From: Takakia lepidozioides
Lineage: Eukaryota > Plantae > Bryophyta
NCBI GenBank assembly: GCA_030704615.1
Contig: CM060731.1
Location: 46,748,001 to 46,812,000 of the forward strand
Length of the DNA stretch: 64,000 bases
Reading direction: 5' to 3'
Below, piece by piece: positions 11,110-24,000 of this stretch. The notes under the pieces were generated by a model. That model searched no databases. It had not been told where the DNA came from and was given only the letters and a program-made list of their open reading frames with translations. Position 1 is the stretch's first letter, and each line of letters opens with the position of its first letter. The translations under genes were made by a program, and so were the position numbers.

Positions 11110-13400
11110 CTACGGTTCTGAAATATTGGGCCACAATTTGACGCTGCAGAACAGTATGAAAGATGTGATTTTGAAGGTAAGAAAAAAAATGGCCTATTGG
11201 AGCTCAACAATGCTGTCCATCAAACCAAATCTTTGCTTGCCACCAAATGGTTCTACTCTGCTATCTGGAGCCCGTACCGACATCACAAAGGAAATCAAAG
11301 CACTCGTGCGAAATTTCGTGTGAGGAGCCACCCCAGCCTCTCCGGTGAGGCGTGCGCAAGTCTCATGGGAGCAGCTCTGTCAAAAAAAGAAAAGGGAGGC
11401 CTGGCGATTATTGATCCTGGATCCCAAACACGGGCATTGCTGGCTAAGTGGGTTACTAGGGCTATCACATACACTAGTGGCCCATGGAGTAAGCTAGTTC
11501 AACCTTACCTCATGGGTTCTTCTCCCTCTAACTCCCCTCACTGGGCCCATTCCCCCAAATGGATTGTTCAAGGACGTAATGCAAACATCAAGTTGGGTTC
11601 ACAGCCATGGCAATCCATATGGAAAGCTTGGCAAGCAGTCAGACAGCGTTCACCCAAAGAATGTCAGCTACTGCTCAAGAATGTGAAAGGCAAGCCCTCT
11701 TTGCAAATTTCAACATGGACTCTGCTGTTCTCATTGACCATTCTCAGAAGTGGGGCATACTGGGAAATGCAATTTGACTGGCCGTCGGGCCAACTCGGAG
11801 CTTCGGCTGCTCCCCGAGGCATAACGGTCCCCCTGTGCTCCTCCATGAAACCTTTGCACACATTGGCCCTAGTGGAAATTCCCTTTGGTTGTTGGCAGTC
11901 TGGAACTGCTCCCCACACCTTGGAGCTTTTCGGTTCGCACGCTTACTCACTAGCTTTTGGTCACCAACGGGCTTGCACCATTCTTCGGGTTACTATGCAA
12001 TGATTCACACACATGAGCTCCATCAGATCACAAAACCAGTTTCTGTCACAAGAAGAGGTGAATTTAGTGATGGGCACAATGAGAGTTAGGGCTTGGAATA
12101 TTATTTTGGAAAGCATCCCGCAATACTGCATGCTACCTTTGTTGGCGGACTCAAACACAGCCCCACAGGCCCCGACCTGGATGGCCTCTTCATATCAGAC
12201 CCCAGCCCTGCCAATGCTGGTCCTATCCTTCCACGAGACTCGGGCCTCTGGTCTTAAATTTCAGGCAGATGCGGAAGGGAACCTACTTCTTGCTTCGCTG
12301 AGACTGACACATCGTATCTATTTCATATCAGGGTGCTTGATGAAAAATGCCATGTCAACCCAGTGCCACCACATGGACAGGACATTTAGTGGGCAATCCA
12401 TAAGACTGCCCTTTGTTTGGTTTCTCAAAGCTCCGCTCAGACCTACAATTCAATCCAGGGGAGTAGAAGTGGAAGGACAAAATCACTCGCCCTTCTTCGC
12501 TTACTCTGTAAAGTTGGGGTATACTTTACTCAACCCCGCTAGATCCTTCCTAACAAAGTGGTCATCAAAGTGGGCTAACCATCAGTTCACTCAAAAGGAC
12601 TGGAATAAGATCTGGAAGGAGGTTTGGAGAAAAGACAGGCTGGGTAAAGTCTCGGGATTCTTATAGAAAGTCGCCCACAGGATTTAGCCCGTAAGGCAAA
12701 GAACCCATGAAAATCAGCCACTCTGCCCTATCTGCAATGTTGAAACAGAGTCCATAGAACACTGCCTCCTTCTATGCAATCGGGTGGTTCTTGCTTTCTA
12801 CTCCATTTGGAGCTCCTTCCCCTCACCCCCACCCTCTCTCTTTCTTCTTTTCAATCACTCGCCTGATAGATACCAGACCAGTTGCCCGGTATGGGCCTCG
12901 CTAAGAGCACTTACTCTATGGAATCTCTGGAAAATGAGATGTGCTTGGGTTTTTGAGGGAAAACCCCCCAGGGGCAGACCAATATTGTTTTCTATATATC
13001 ATGAATTGCTAACTGAGGGAAGGAAAGCCTAGGGTGTGATTTGTGCAGCTCTTCCCAGAACTTTAGAATAGCGGGGGAGGAAGTTGCTTCAAGATTTCCA
13101 CGGGACTTGGGGCAAAGACAACGTGCTCGGAACCTGTCTTCCCAACACAAGGGTTAACTGTAATGTTGCCATCCCCCCTCAATGGGAAGTCCCCTGGTGA
13201 AGGGGAGGAAGCAGAATTTAATTGGCGCCATAAGAAGGCCCGTGACAGCAAGTCCAGAACTGAGCTCAAGTTTTGATACCTCAATCTCACTTGGGTGGCT
13301 TACTTCAACTCCACACTCTGCAGATCTTCTTCGACCTTTCACCTCGTAGCTCCAAGGCTCCACACAATGTTCGCTCCTACCCAGCAGGAGCTGCTGCAAT
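11110..13400 (+). mobile_element. 5'-truncated, degenerate L1-clade LINE (RT C-terminal region and zf-RVT)
   Basis: KKEKGGLAIIDP..RALLAKW; WNKIWKEVW..KVSGFL*KVAH..CPICNVETESIEHCLLLC; LWNLWKMRCAWVFEG. Stops and frameshifts present. Confidence 0.85.
11774..11994 (-). mobile_element. Diverged partial LTR (R/U5 side) of the gypsy family at 55.7-62.7 kb, inserted in the L1
   Basis: Co-linear similarity to 55820-56036 (ggccgtcgggccaactcggag...ttactcactagcttttggtcaccaacgggcttgcacc); flanked by the direct repeat ATGCAAT. Confidence 0.8.
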
Positions 13401-13751
13401 TCTTAGCTACTTAGCTACTTAACTTTCCTACTCTCCCTTGGCTTAGTACAATCTAGTTATAAATTTTTGGCGATTTTTGCTCCTTAACAGTGCTAAACCC
13501 GGATCCCAATCTCCACAGATCGTTGCTTCACTGATGTGCTCCCCTCCACGCATCTCCTATAACTCATTTTTTTAGAATCAGTCTATCCCCCCTTCTCTCC
13601 CTCCGCACACTCACTTCGCCAGCTCCTTCTCATCGTATCTCAGTAGCGGCGTGAAGTTCTTCCAGCAAACCCCAACCCTAATTATTACAATAGTTTTAAT
13701 TCTAAATTGCATCTACTTTTCTCTAGTGTAGTCCAACATGCCCTCACCTTT

Positions 13752-14600
13752 ATGTCTCCATTGTCCCGCCATTGACTGGGGTCGGAAAAGTGTTCATTCC
13801 AAAGCTTCTCCTCATCTCTGTTACCTGTTTTTTGATACTTTCATGCTGCCACATCAGCAACTTGTCAAAGTCACTCTAAACAACCACAGATCCACCCAAC
13901 GAGCTAACTTACAAAATTCAATATGCATCTCAGGGCCAAGTGTGATGAGAGGGCAAAACAGGCTGAAATAGGTCGAAGAAGAAGGTATCCTCACCACATC
14001 CTTTACCTTGTGTCATGACCCATGGAGGATTTGACCAACCATCAACCCAAAAGGACCTCTTGTGTGTGTTGCTTGTATCTGTAGTCAGGTAATGTCGGAT
14101 TGGTATGTGGGATCGAACCACCACGGTGCAGCTGAGCAGGCAGAGATTGAAACACGGCCTGCTAAAACCAAGCTGACTCTCCCAAGAACGGCGAGCTCGC
14201 AAGAATGTTGGGATCTTCTCCTCACCTCCTCTCCTCCTCCTCTTCTCCTTCCTGCATCATTTGCTCAAGAGTAGGAAGGTCTGCAAGGGCCTCCATCCCA
14301 CGCCCCTGCATATCCTGTGATCATCGCGTTCCATGACACAACATCAAATAGATGGTGAAACGCAGGAGACAAAAAAGCCTAAGTCCCAGCCCGGTGTAAA
14401 GTTCGGCGGTGTAATCTTAAACTGTTAGATCTTATACAATCTACTATTGATCCACAAGGAATCATAGGTAATCTGGAGCTTGAAATCCGGCTCTCTTGGA
14501 TGAATCTGGACCCACACTCTATCCCTGCTCCTTCAACTATCCTTGCCTCTACACAAATCATGCATACATCATTGTCTTGCTGCTAGCAACTGACAATGAC
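13752..14600 (-). pseudogene. Mosaic of OSB-type PDF-motif exon fragments and a PPR fragment (left arm of an inverted duplication)
   Basis: Minus strand: [34 protein letters not shown] (PPR), NPTLPDYRYK..FWVDGWSNPPWV, and EEKLWNE.FSDPSQW.DN followed by a GT donor. Confidence 0.7.
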
Positions 14601-14654
14601 AGGGCTCCTATAAGTATTCCAGCAAACACCCCAACCCTCTTATCACACTAGTCC

Positions 14655-15080
14655 GTCAGTGTCTGCTGCTAGCAGCAAGTATTCATAATTTGTACACAGA
14701 CAGGGATAGCTAAAGGACCAGGGATAGAGGTCCAGGTTCATCCAAGAGGGCCGGATTTCAAACACAAGATTAGTTCTGATTCCCTGTGGATCAATAGCTA
14801 CAAGAAATCTACTAATGAGAAAATGGTCTGCTAATAAAGGCACAATTTTCAACACATTTCACCCTGTTTTTCCTTCTTATCATAATCGGCCCTAAATTTT
14901 CATGTTGAATTTTGCAAGTTAGTTGGTTGAGTGAACCTGGGGTAGTTTGGAGTGACTTTGACATGATACTGCCAATGTGACAATAGGAAAGTATCCAAAA
15001 GAGGTAACATAGATGAGGAGAAGCTGTGGAATGAATACTTTTCTGACCCCAGTCAATGGTGGGACAACTGAGGCAAAAAT
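14655..15080 (+). pseudogene. OSB-type PDF-motif exon remnant (right arm)
   Basis: After an AG acceptor: VHPRGPDFKHKISSDSLWINS ... [21 protein letters not shown] (TGA probably from CGA). Confidence 0.75.
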
Positions 15081-15094
15081 GGGAATGCATGTCA

Positions 15095-15545
15095 GATTAC
15101 CAGATGTCATTTTGAACACTGCCCCTGGCTTGGTGGACATGTATGTCAAATGTGGGTGCATCCGAGGATGCAAAGGGAGTGTTCAACACTATGGTTGAAC
15201 GAGATGTGGTGTCATGGAGTGCGATGTTTGCAGGGTATGCACGGCAGGGGCGTGGGATGGAGGCTTTGGAGACCTATGAGCAAATTATGAGGGAAGGGGT
15301 ACTGAAGCCCGACCACATAACGTGTGTGTGTGTTTGTAATGCGTGTGCAAGCCTGGTAGCCCTGGAAAAGGGCAAAAGGTCCATGGTTGCATCGTCAATG
15401 CTGCAAATGTACCAGATGTCATTCTGAACACTCCCCTGGTGGACAATATGTATGCCAAATGTAGGTGTAGCAAGGATGCAAAGGGAGTGTTCAACAACAT
15501 GGCTGAACAAGATGTGGTGTCTTGGAGTACCATGATGACCACCTT
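15095..15545 (+). pseudogene. PLS-class PPR gene fragment
   Basis: LVDMYVKCG..DAKGVFNTMVERDVVSWSAMFAGYARQGRGMEALETYEQIMREG..PDHIT..NACASLVALEKGK; frameshifted. Confidence 0.9.
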
Positions 15546-15553
15546 CCCCGGTG

Positions 15554-15585
<32 letters not shown>

Positions 15586-15588
<3 letters not shown>

Positions 15589-15735
15589 AATGCCCTCACA
15601 TTGTCCAGTGGAAATACAGTTAGGCATAAACCTCCCTAAACCTATTTTGAATATGTGACACGGGCAAGGACCTTACGGACTATCTCAATGGCTTACCTGC
15701 CCTCACTAGACTGAAATTTAAACTCGCCGGGAAAC
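15586..15735 (+). mobile_element. Internal fragment of the (CT)n-associated LINE family
   Basis: Similar to 22185-22300 (gttaggca..actagactgaaatttaaactc); starts immediately after a (TC)15 run. Confidence 0.65.
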
Positions 15736-16159
15736 TACAAGTGCATCCACGAGCTACCACACTTAACATACATGTTGACAAGGGTGTTGTGTAGAAAAGC
15801 ATTTAATGCCTTCAATCCACTTAATATAATGTGAGCATATGCACCTGGTTTTCAGTTTGTAGGCCTTTCAGCTTGATGCTCTTATGCTTGAGACAGGGGA
15901 CTTAGGTATCTGAATATGCTGAAATTATGCCTAGCTGGTTGAAGTCTGTAGAGCCTCTTTCAGTTGCAGGATGGGGAAGGCAGGGGGCAAGGAGACGGGG
16001 GAAAAATAGAATACTGTTCAGTATGACTCTTGGAGCAATTCCAGCTTAAAATGTGATGATGTCACCATTGGGGCATGGACCTCTTGGTCGTTTACAAGGG
16101 ACTTGGGAGGGTCAGCATGATCAGCCTGCAGTGTATGAAGGCTGGCAGCCCTAGAATTT

Positions 16160-16714
16160 TATAACCAGATGTAATTCTGAACATCCCCTAGTTCTGCACA
16201 TATATGCCAATGTCAAGGGAGTGTTCAACACTATGGTTAAAATGAGATGTGGTGTCGTGGAGAGCGATGCTTGTAGGGTATGCACAGCAAGGGTACGGGA
16301 TGGAGGCTTTGGATACCTATGAGCAAATGATGGGGAAATGGGTGAAGTTCGACCACATCATTTTAGTGTGTGTTTGCAGTGCGTGTGCAAGCCTGGCAGC
16401 CCTGGAAAAGGGCAAAGAGGTGCATGGTTGTATCACCAAATCTGAAATTGTACCATATGTGATTCTGAACAATACCTCGTGGACATGTATGCTAAATGTG
16501 GGAGCATCGAGGATGCGGAGGGAGCCTTCAACACTATGGCTGAACGAGATGTGGTGTCGTGGAACGCGATGCTTGCAGATGTGCACATCAAGGGCGCGAG
16601 ATGGAGGCTTTGGAGACAGGAAAGTATCGAAAAACAGTTAACAGAGACGAGGAGAAGCTCTGGAATGAATATGTTTCCGACCCCAGTCAATGGTGGAACA
16701 ATCCAGGCAAAAAG
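16160..16714 (+). pseudogene. PLS-class PPR fragments fused at the 3' end to an OSB PDF half-motif
   Basis: [57 protein letters not shown], then in one frame [42 protein letters not shown]|gtgaat. Confidence 0.85.
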
Positions 16715-18076
16715 GTGAATTCCTGTTGGAAGCAGATGCAAGTCAGCAGGGTCACGGGGAAGTTTCCCCTCGGTTAGTCTCCACGGCCTCCCTCAGTGGT
16801 TATTTTTCCACTGCTGTTAACATTATTTTCCTTAATTTGATTAAAAGGGCCTCTGTCCCCCTTCCCTTAAAATAAAATAAAAAATACTAGCAAAAACCTC
16901 AAAGAACATGCGGATCTCATCAAATATCCGTCTGTTTGTTCATTGATTGGTTACTTCCAAATTAAATATCCACGGTTCCATGCTCTCTCGCAAATTCATT
17001 GACTCAAATTTATAGGATTTTTTTTTAATAGAACTGCCAGTATACATTCGGATCCCTCTCCTGCAGATATTAGTTCCCAAATCAAAGAGCCTCCCAACAC
17101 GCAATTGACCTCTTTCAAAGTCAGGGGCCATGCGGCAAAGCAGCAGCAGAAACAAGAGCAGCACCCAACAAGGCACCCAGTATTTGGACCCAGAATCAGG
17201 CATTTGTGCCTACCAGCTGCTGTGCTACAGTTCTAGGGCATCTCAGAAAAGCCTGTTTGTCCTAACTCAGTTGGGCTGTGTAATCTGAGTTTGACTATAA
17301 GTAATAAGCTTTCTGTGCTTTCACTGGACGTTAAGACTTAAAACAAACTTTACCTTAAAACTTTTGCTTTGTGCTTTCACTGAACGTTAAGCAAACCTCA
17401 CTTTTACTTTGTGCTACTAGGTAGGTATACTTTTACCCCTTTTGTTTGATGCTGGAAAGCCAATAGGGCAGCATGGGTTACTTTACTGCCCCTCTTGTGC
17501 AGCCAACAGCTAGGCTTGCCGTGCTCAGCAAAGGGGGGGCGCTGACCTACAGCCATGCTCCCCCCATACCCTCACGGACCCAAAATAGGGAGTGATAGCA
17601 CTTGCCAGGGTGTGCCCTTCATCTCTGACATGCCATGACAGTTCAGATCGCAGCAGTATTGTCAGAAGGGTTACTTAATGATTGATGAGAGGCCATAACC
17701 CATAACATAGAGCACTGTCCTTCCCCGCTTTTTCTGTCTCTCTCTGTCTCTCTGTTTTTTCTATTTGTGGAGATCCCTCAGGAGTTTCCTTGTTTATTAC
17801 AGACAGCCCCTTGTGTATGTGGGTCTGCGGAGTCTGGTTCTGTGAATTGTTATCCTGTACGATAGGATCCGCATTGAGAATTTGGATGCAGTGCACAGAA
17901 GGATCTCTCCCTCTCTCCCATCTCGCTGTCACGTGCACACATGCGCGAATCCATAAGGGAATAGATGCAGTAAGATACTAGGAAGGGTGCCCCCCTTGAG
18001 GTGCTTAGGAGATAGAGGGAGGGGGCCCTGGCGATTGGTGCTTTACCCCCTTCTCTGTCGGACCCATATCGTCAAC

Positions 18077-21000
18077 ATGGGGTTGATGTCCAGAAGGGTG
18101 CTGCCAGTGTGCGGGAGGATGTGCTTCTGCTGTCCTGGTTTGCGATCGCGATCTCGCCAGCCAGTGAAGCGCTACAACATGTTGCTGTCGGCCATCTACC
18201 CTAAATCACAGGTGACAGCAGGGGACCGCAGTTAGGGACGGGGAGGGGGAGAGGGGAAGAGAAATAAGAGCCGGAAGGTGGAGGATTTTTAATTCCGTGT
18301 AATTGACTTGTTTTGGCTAGAGCTGCAAAGTCATTTGAACATTGTTTCTGCAAGGATGAGCATTTGGAAACCTGCCATGTACGGTTCAAATGTAGTGCAT
18401 TGTAGATAAACACTTAAAGCTGCAGTTTTTTCGCTTTCATTCAGAAAAGTGTGCCTCCAATCTAGAATCGCACTAGGAACTTTTTCCTGTGAATGACAAC
18501 GATGTCTTAAAACTGCAAAAGTGGCCTGAGTGAGCTGTCTGGAACTCATTTAAGTGGACGGTTGCATGGCAGGATGAACCCCCAAACGATCGCAAGATTG
18601 GAAAGCTGGCGGAGTATGCTTCCAAAAACCCAATGCGCATTCCTAAGGTTGATTTGACTTTCTTGTACTGGTGTATTTTAGAGATAAAATTTGATACAAG
18701 TCACTCGCTAAGTTCAGTCTGCATTGGACTGCGGGTCAATCAGATGAGAAGGTATGGGGACATGCCTTCAGATGGGATCATGGATGTCTATGTGATCACA
18801 TGTGGAGGATTGGTAAAATGAGCTCGGAGAGGGGTGCATGTCTTACTGATAGATTTGTCTATGAGGAGGGAGGCACTGAAAGACTTAATATACAGGGAAA
18901 AGTGGGGCCTCCCCACTGATAGTATTTGAGGGTGGGATGCCAATTGTAATTGCAGATTGCCAGTGGGCTGGAGCAACGGGGGTACAAGGAAATCCGTGTT
19001 GAGCACTGGGGGTCTGTGCGTGTGGTGATGCGAGCTTATTCCAAACTCCTGGCCTCCTGTACAGATGAAATGTATGTACTTGTGTGTTCCTTTTTCTCTT
19101 TGGTAATTTTTCATGACTGTCTGCTTCCTGTGGTAAGGTCTGCCACAACTACAAGCAGGGGCACTGTAGAGTGCATTAAGCCGAGTTGAATATGACGGTG
19201 GAAATGATGTGTAGTTATTGTGTGAACTCCATATGGAAGTCCCACCAACTTTATGTCCTATCAATGTGATGTGTAGTGTCGCCCTTCTCTATCAGACCTC
19301 TGACAACTCTAACAACTTTTACTGGATGGCAGGTCTTTGTTTGCAATTAGTGGGCTAAGCATGATAGGGGCTCTTTTGGATCAAACACGGCATGATGAAA
19401 TGCGCATTCTTGCTTGCCAGGCCCTTTTGGATTTCATTCGCTACCAGGTACAGTAGTTCTGATCACGTCTTCATGATTCCTTCCAAGTTGTTGAAGTATT
19501 GTGGGCCCAGGGAAATGTGGTAGAGGGAGGAGGAAGGACGGGATTGAGTTGTGGGCGTTTTGGTGGGACAGACAGATGCAACCTATATGCGGAATTTGGA
19601 TGCATTCATTCCAAAATTATGTGGTCTGGCGTGTGAAACTGGGGGAGAAACACGGCGCTTGCCTTTACGAGCTGCTGGCCTACAAGCACTCTCGGCCATG
19701 GTGCCTTCTCCCTACCATCACGAATAGCAATTTAGGCTAAGTGACCATGCAATATTGCTGCTTGCGGACTTATCGGGTTGCTGCTTTGTACATATCAAGT
19801 CAAGGATTCCAGAAATAACCTAACATGCCCGAGAAATTTGGTATATTATTGTCAAAAGCTTGTCAACTTCCAACAAATTGTGGTTACTGCTTGCAGGTTG
19901 GGTATATGGCAGATTACTCACACATACCTGAAGAGTTTAGTGAGGTATCCCTTTGACTTTGGACCTTTTCTCCTTGGCAGCGACATAGAGACAATGCATT
20001 TGTTTACTGCGCCCTCCAAATGCTTTCTACAAGGAATTGAGGAATAGTCCCCATGGGATAGTAACCCTCCTGGAAACAGGTGCTTAGTTTGAGACCACCA
20101 AGGTAAATGCGGACTTATTGCAGGTCTCAGGCACGTGATGACTCGTGATATATGAGTATTGTTTGATGTACATGCTGGCATCTTTCCAGCATGTCGATCA
20201 GCTGGCAACTGATGTGTTAAGTGTTGAGTGGGAGAGGGGGAGAGGGAGAAGACGGAGAAGACATTCGCATGTCAGATTGTCAGTGAGGGGTGAGTAGGTA
20301 AGTATTAGGACTATAGGACAATTCCCTCTCTGGTTTATTAGTGGTCTGTCGATATTTTATCCTGAGGATCCAGGGGGGATGGAAACCAATTTGTGTACAG
20401 GTGGTTAGAGTGACGCTGCAGAACTACGAGCTTCCAACAATTGGAACACAGGTAGAGGTGAACAATGAAGGGGACATGCACGACAAATGGGTGAAGGAGG
20501 TGACGAAGGGGGAGGGCCATGCTCATGTGGTTTCAGTCTATAAGGAGGTGATGCAGAAGCTGCATTCCCAAAAAGAGCGTGTGCATTTCAAAGATTCCAC
20601 CACTCTTTCAAGGTTGCTACTTGGTGGAGACTTTTTGCTTAGTTTATAACTTTCAAGGCAATGCATGTGCCTGCTCAGCTGAATTATGTCTTGTCTTTGG
20701 CCCTCCGTCTATTTATGTTTGACTCGAAGACTTTCAAGGATAGAGATCAAGATGTTCAAAGGCTATCCAGTCCTGGCCAACAAGAGATGGGGACATTGAC
20801 TAATTCTCCATCATGATTACTGATGTGAATGGCAGGACGGAAGTGGAGAAGCCGTCAGTCTTAGCCCAAATATGTATACAAAACATGGCACGACTAGCAA
20901 AAGAGGCCACCACAGTGCGGCGGGTGTTGGATCCCATGTTTCGGTACTTTGATATTGGCAGGCACTGGTCACCGGAGCGGGGTTTGGCCCTGGCAGTCTT

Positions 21001-24000
21001 GTGTGACATGCAATATCTGATGGAGAAAACAGGTCAGAGGGACCTGACAACTACGCAATTATTGATGAGATGTCTCTGTCTCTGTCTCTGTCTCCCCGGG
21101 GTCCTCTCACCAAAGAGACGCTCTCTTCAAATCTATTAAGGGAATTGTGCCTGTACCCCTGTTTACCAACTTTGAAAGTCTCGAGGCTGAGCCAAAAGCC
21201 CAGGCCCTCCTGAGGCCTAGTTTTTGGGCAAATCACACACAGCAGATTGATGCTTGTGTGAAGGGATTTCTAGAGGATATCTGGAAAACCCGGATTAATT
21301 CTTTATATGGAGGTAAGTCTTACTACCAACGTCAGCCCCTGACAGAGGTAGGTTCTGTCCCTTTTGTTCCCGCTCAAACTGGGCGCGGGGTCAATGGCCA
21401 CAAGGCTACGGCAAACAACGTCTTATGAGTACAATCTGTCTCCCCGGGTTCTATGGCCACAGGGCTACGGAAATTATGTCTCATGAGTACTTTCTCTGTG
21501 GACTGAGTAATTTCTCTCCACTCTGTTTCCTCTCTCTCTCTCTCTCCGCTCAAACTGGGCGCGGGGTCAATGGCCACAAGGCTACGGCAAACAACGTCTT
21601 ATGAGTACAATCTCTCTCTCTCTCTCTCGGCTACTTGGGATGCACATATCCGGAAAGTTGTTCAAACTGGCAAGGGCAAAGCTCTGGGGCTCACTAAATT
21701 TTTCCACTGCAGAGGGGTCAACTCTGAGGTGAAGAAAACCATGCTTTGTCGCGTTATTAGACCTGCCTTGGAGTACGGATCTGCTATATGGGTTGATAAC
21801 TCCAACCAGGCTAAGTCTCTAGACTCCATTCAAGTGGTGGTGCTTAAGGAGTGTATGTCAGCATGCTCCAAAACAGCCAATGTGGCTGTTCGGGGTGAGT
21901 TTGGCATTCCGTCCTTAAGCTCCCGACGAGATGAATTCAAGGTCAGATGGTGGGGTCAGCTGCAACATATGCCCAACACCAGATATCCTAAGTTAATCGA
22001 CTCTATATCTTGGAAACAGGACCGCCCTGTCAAACAGGCTAAGTCCTGGCAGAAGAGAGTAGAAGAGATTCTTAAGGACCTGGACCTGGATCCGCAAGCC
22101 TTGACCCTGCTGGATAAATCTGACTTAGAGGCTGTAGTGTCCACAGCCATGTCTGTTGCCATGAGATTGTCTGATGAAAATGAAGTTAGGCAGAAAACTT
22201 CCCTGAACTTGTTTCCAGTCTGTGACATGGGGGAGGACATCTTGGATGACCTCAAGGGTCTACCCACTCTCGGCACTAGACTGAAATTTAAACTCAGGGC
22301 AGGAAGCCTACCTTTGAACAGCAAACAGAAGCAGAGAGGAAAGGGAGTGCAATTGCCCACTGTGTGGGCAATCTGAAGACAGTATTCACTTTCTGATACA
22401 CTGTCCGGGGTTCTCTCACCAAAGAGACACTCTTTGCAAATCCATCAAGGGAATTGTGCCTGTACCCCTGTTTAACAACTTTGTTTTTCTCGAGGCTGAG
22501 CCAAAAGCCCAGGCCCTCCTGAGGCCTAGTTTTTGGGCAAATCACACACAGCAGATTGATGCTTGTGTGAAGGGATTTCTAGAGGATATCTGGAAAACCC
22601 GGATTAATTCTATATATGATGGTAAGTCACACTACCAACGTCAGCCCCTGACAGAGGTAGGTTCTGTCCCTTTTGTTCCCGCTCAAACTGGGCGCGGGGT
22701 CAATGGCCACAAGGCTACGGCAAACAACGTTTTATGAGTACAATCTCTCTCTTGGCTATGGCAAACAACGTCTTATGAGTACATTCTCTCTCTCTGAAAG
22801 GGAAGAAATGAGAACCAACAGAGAGAGGTGATGGACGGGAGGACTGTGAATCCTTCTGCTGGTTTGCATCACTGAAACTCCAGTAGATATCTGGACCTCT
22901 TGGATCCAATTGTGGGCGCTCAAACCAACCAAGGTCTGCACCCTGCCTTGACATTATAATAGGAAGTGTGGGGGTATTAATATCATCACCGTCCCTTGCC
23001 ACTGCAGACTGCTAATTCTGCAACCACAGACAAACCCCGCTGATTGTCATGCGTATACATGACAGGTTAACAACTTACTAGTTGATGCGTTGGTGGGTAG
23101 GTTGTCACTGCTCACTGATTTTGCTACGGGTTCTGTTAGATTGCATAGGATACTCCATATTACCAAACATCAGTTTTGTTGAAATCTGATCGAGTTTATG
23201 TTGAGAGTGTGCAGAAAATGACGAGTTATTACTGGTTTTGTTGGTGAGGCATCTCGATCACAAAAGTGTGGCAGACCAATTGAGCATGAAGATAGACATC
23301 ATTGCACTCACCACGGTTTTGGCTCGGCTCTCGAAAGCGAAAGCCACAGTGGCTGAGGTGGGGGCTATGAGTGACCTCTCAAGGCACCTACGGAGAAGCT
23401 TTCAGTTCTCCTTGGAAGCTGTGGGAACAGGAGAGGCTGAAGTACTTGATCACAATCTCTCACTGCAGTCAACCATTGAGGAGTGCTTGATGGAATTTGG
23501 AAGGAGGGTATGTTATCCTTGAATATCCCTTTGATATCACCCCTTTGTCACTCCTCTATGAGTGTTCTCTGGGCTACATCCCAAACCACCTCAATCTCTA
23601 CCTTTCACGAATGTGTCCTCTTCCCGTCCTCCTTTCCATTTTCGTCCTTTTACCTTTTATGAATCTGTCCCTCGTTGTCCTAGCATCATAGGTCAGGTGA
23701 CATAACTCTGGTGGTCCTTTTGAAGGTGGGAGATGCAAGCCCGGTTCTTGACATGATGGCAGTAGCCCTGGAGAGGCTGCCAGCAAAGGAGGTGGTGGCA
23801 AGGAGCACTGTACAGGCTGTCTCTGTGTTGGCTCTTTCTGTGGCATACCTCCCTGACCATTTAAATGTTCATCAGGTATGCATCAGGTCCTCACATTTCT
23901 TCCTTCGTCTGCAGAGGGAAGCAGACATCACTTCGAAGAAATTTTTGTCAAGAAAATCCTCACACAGCTTTGGTCTGTCTTGAAGTTAAAATAGCAACTT

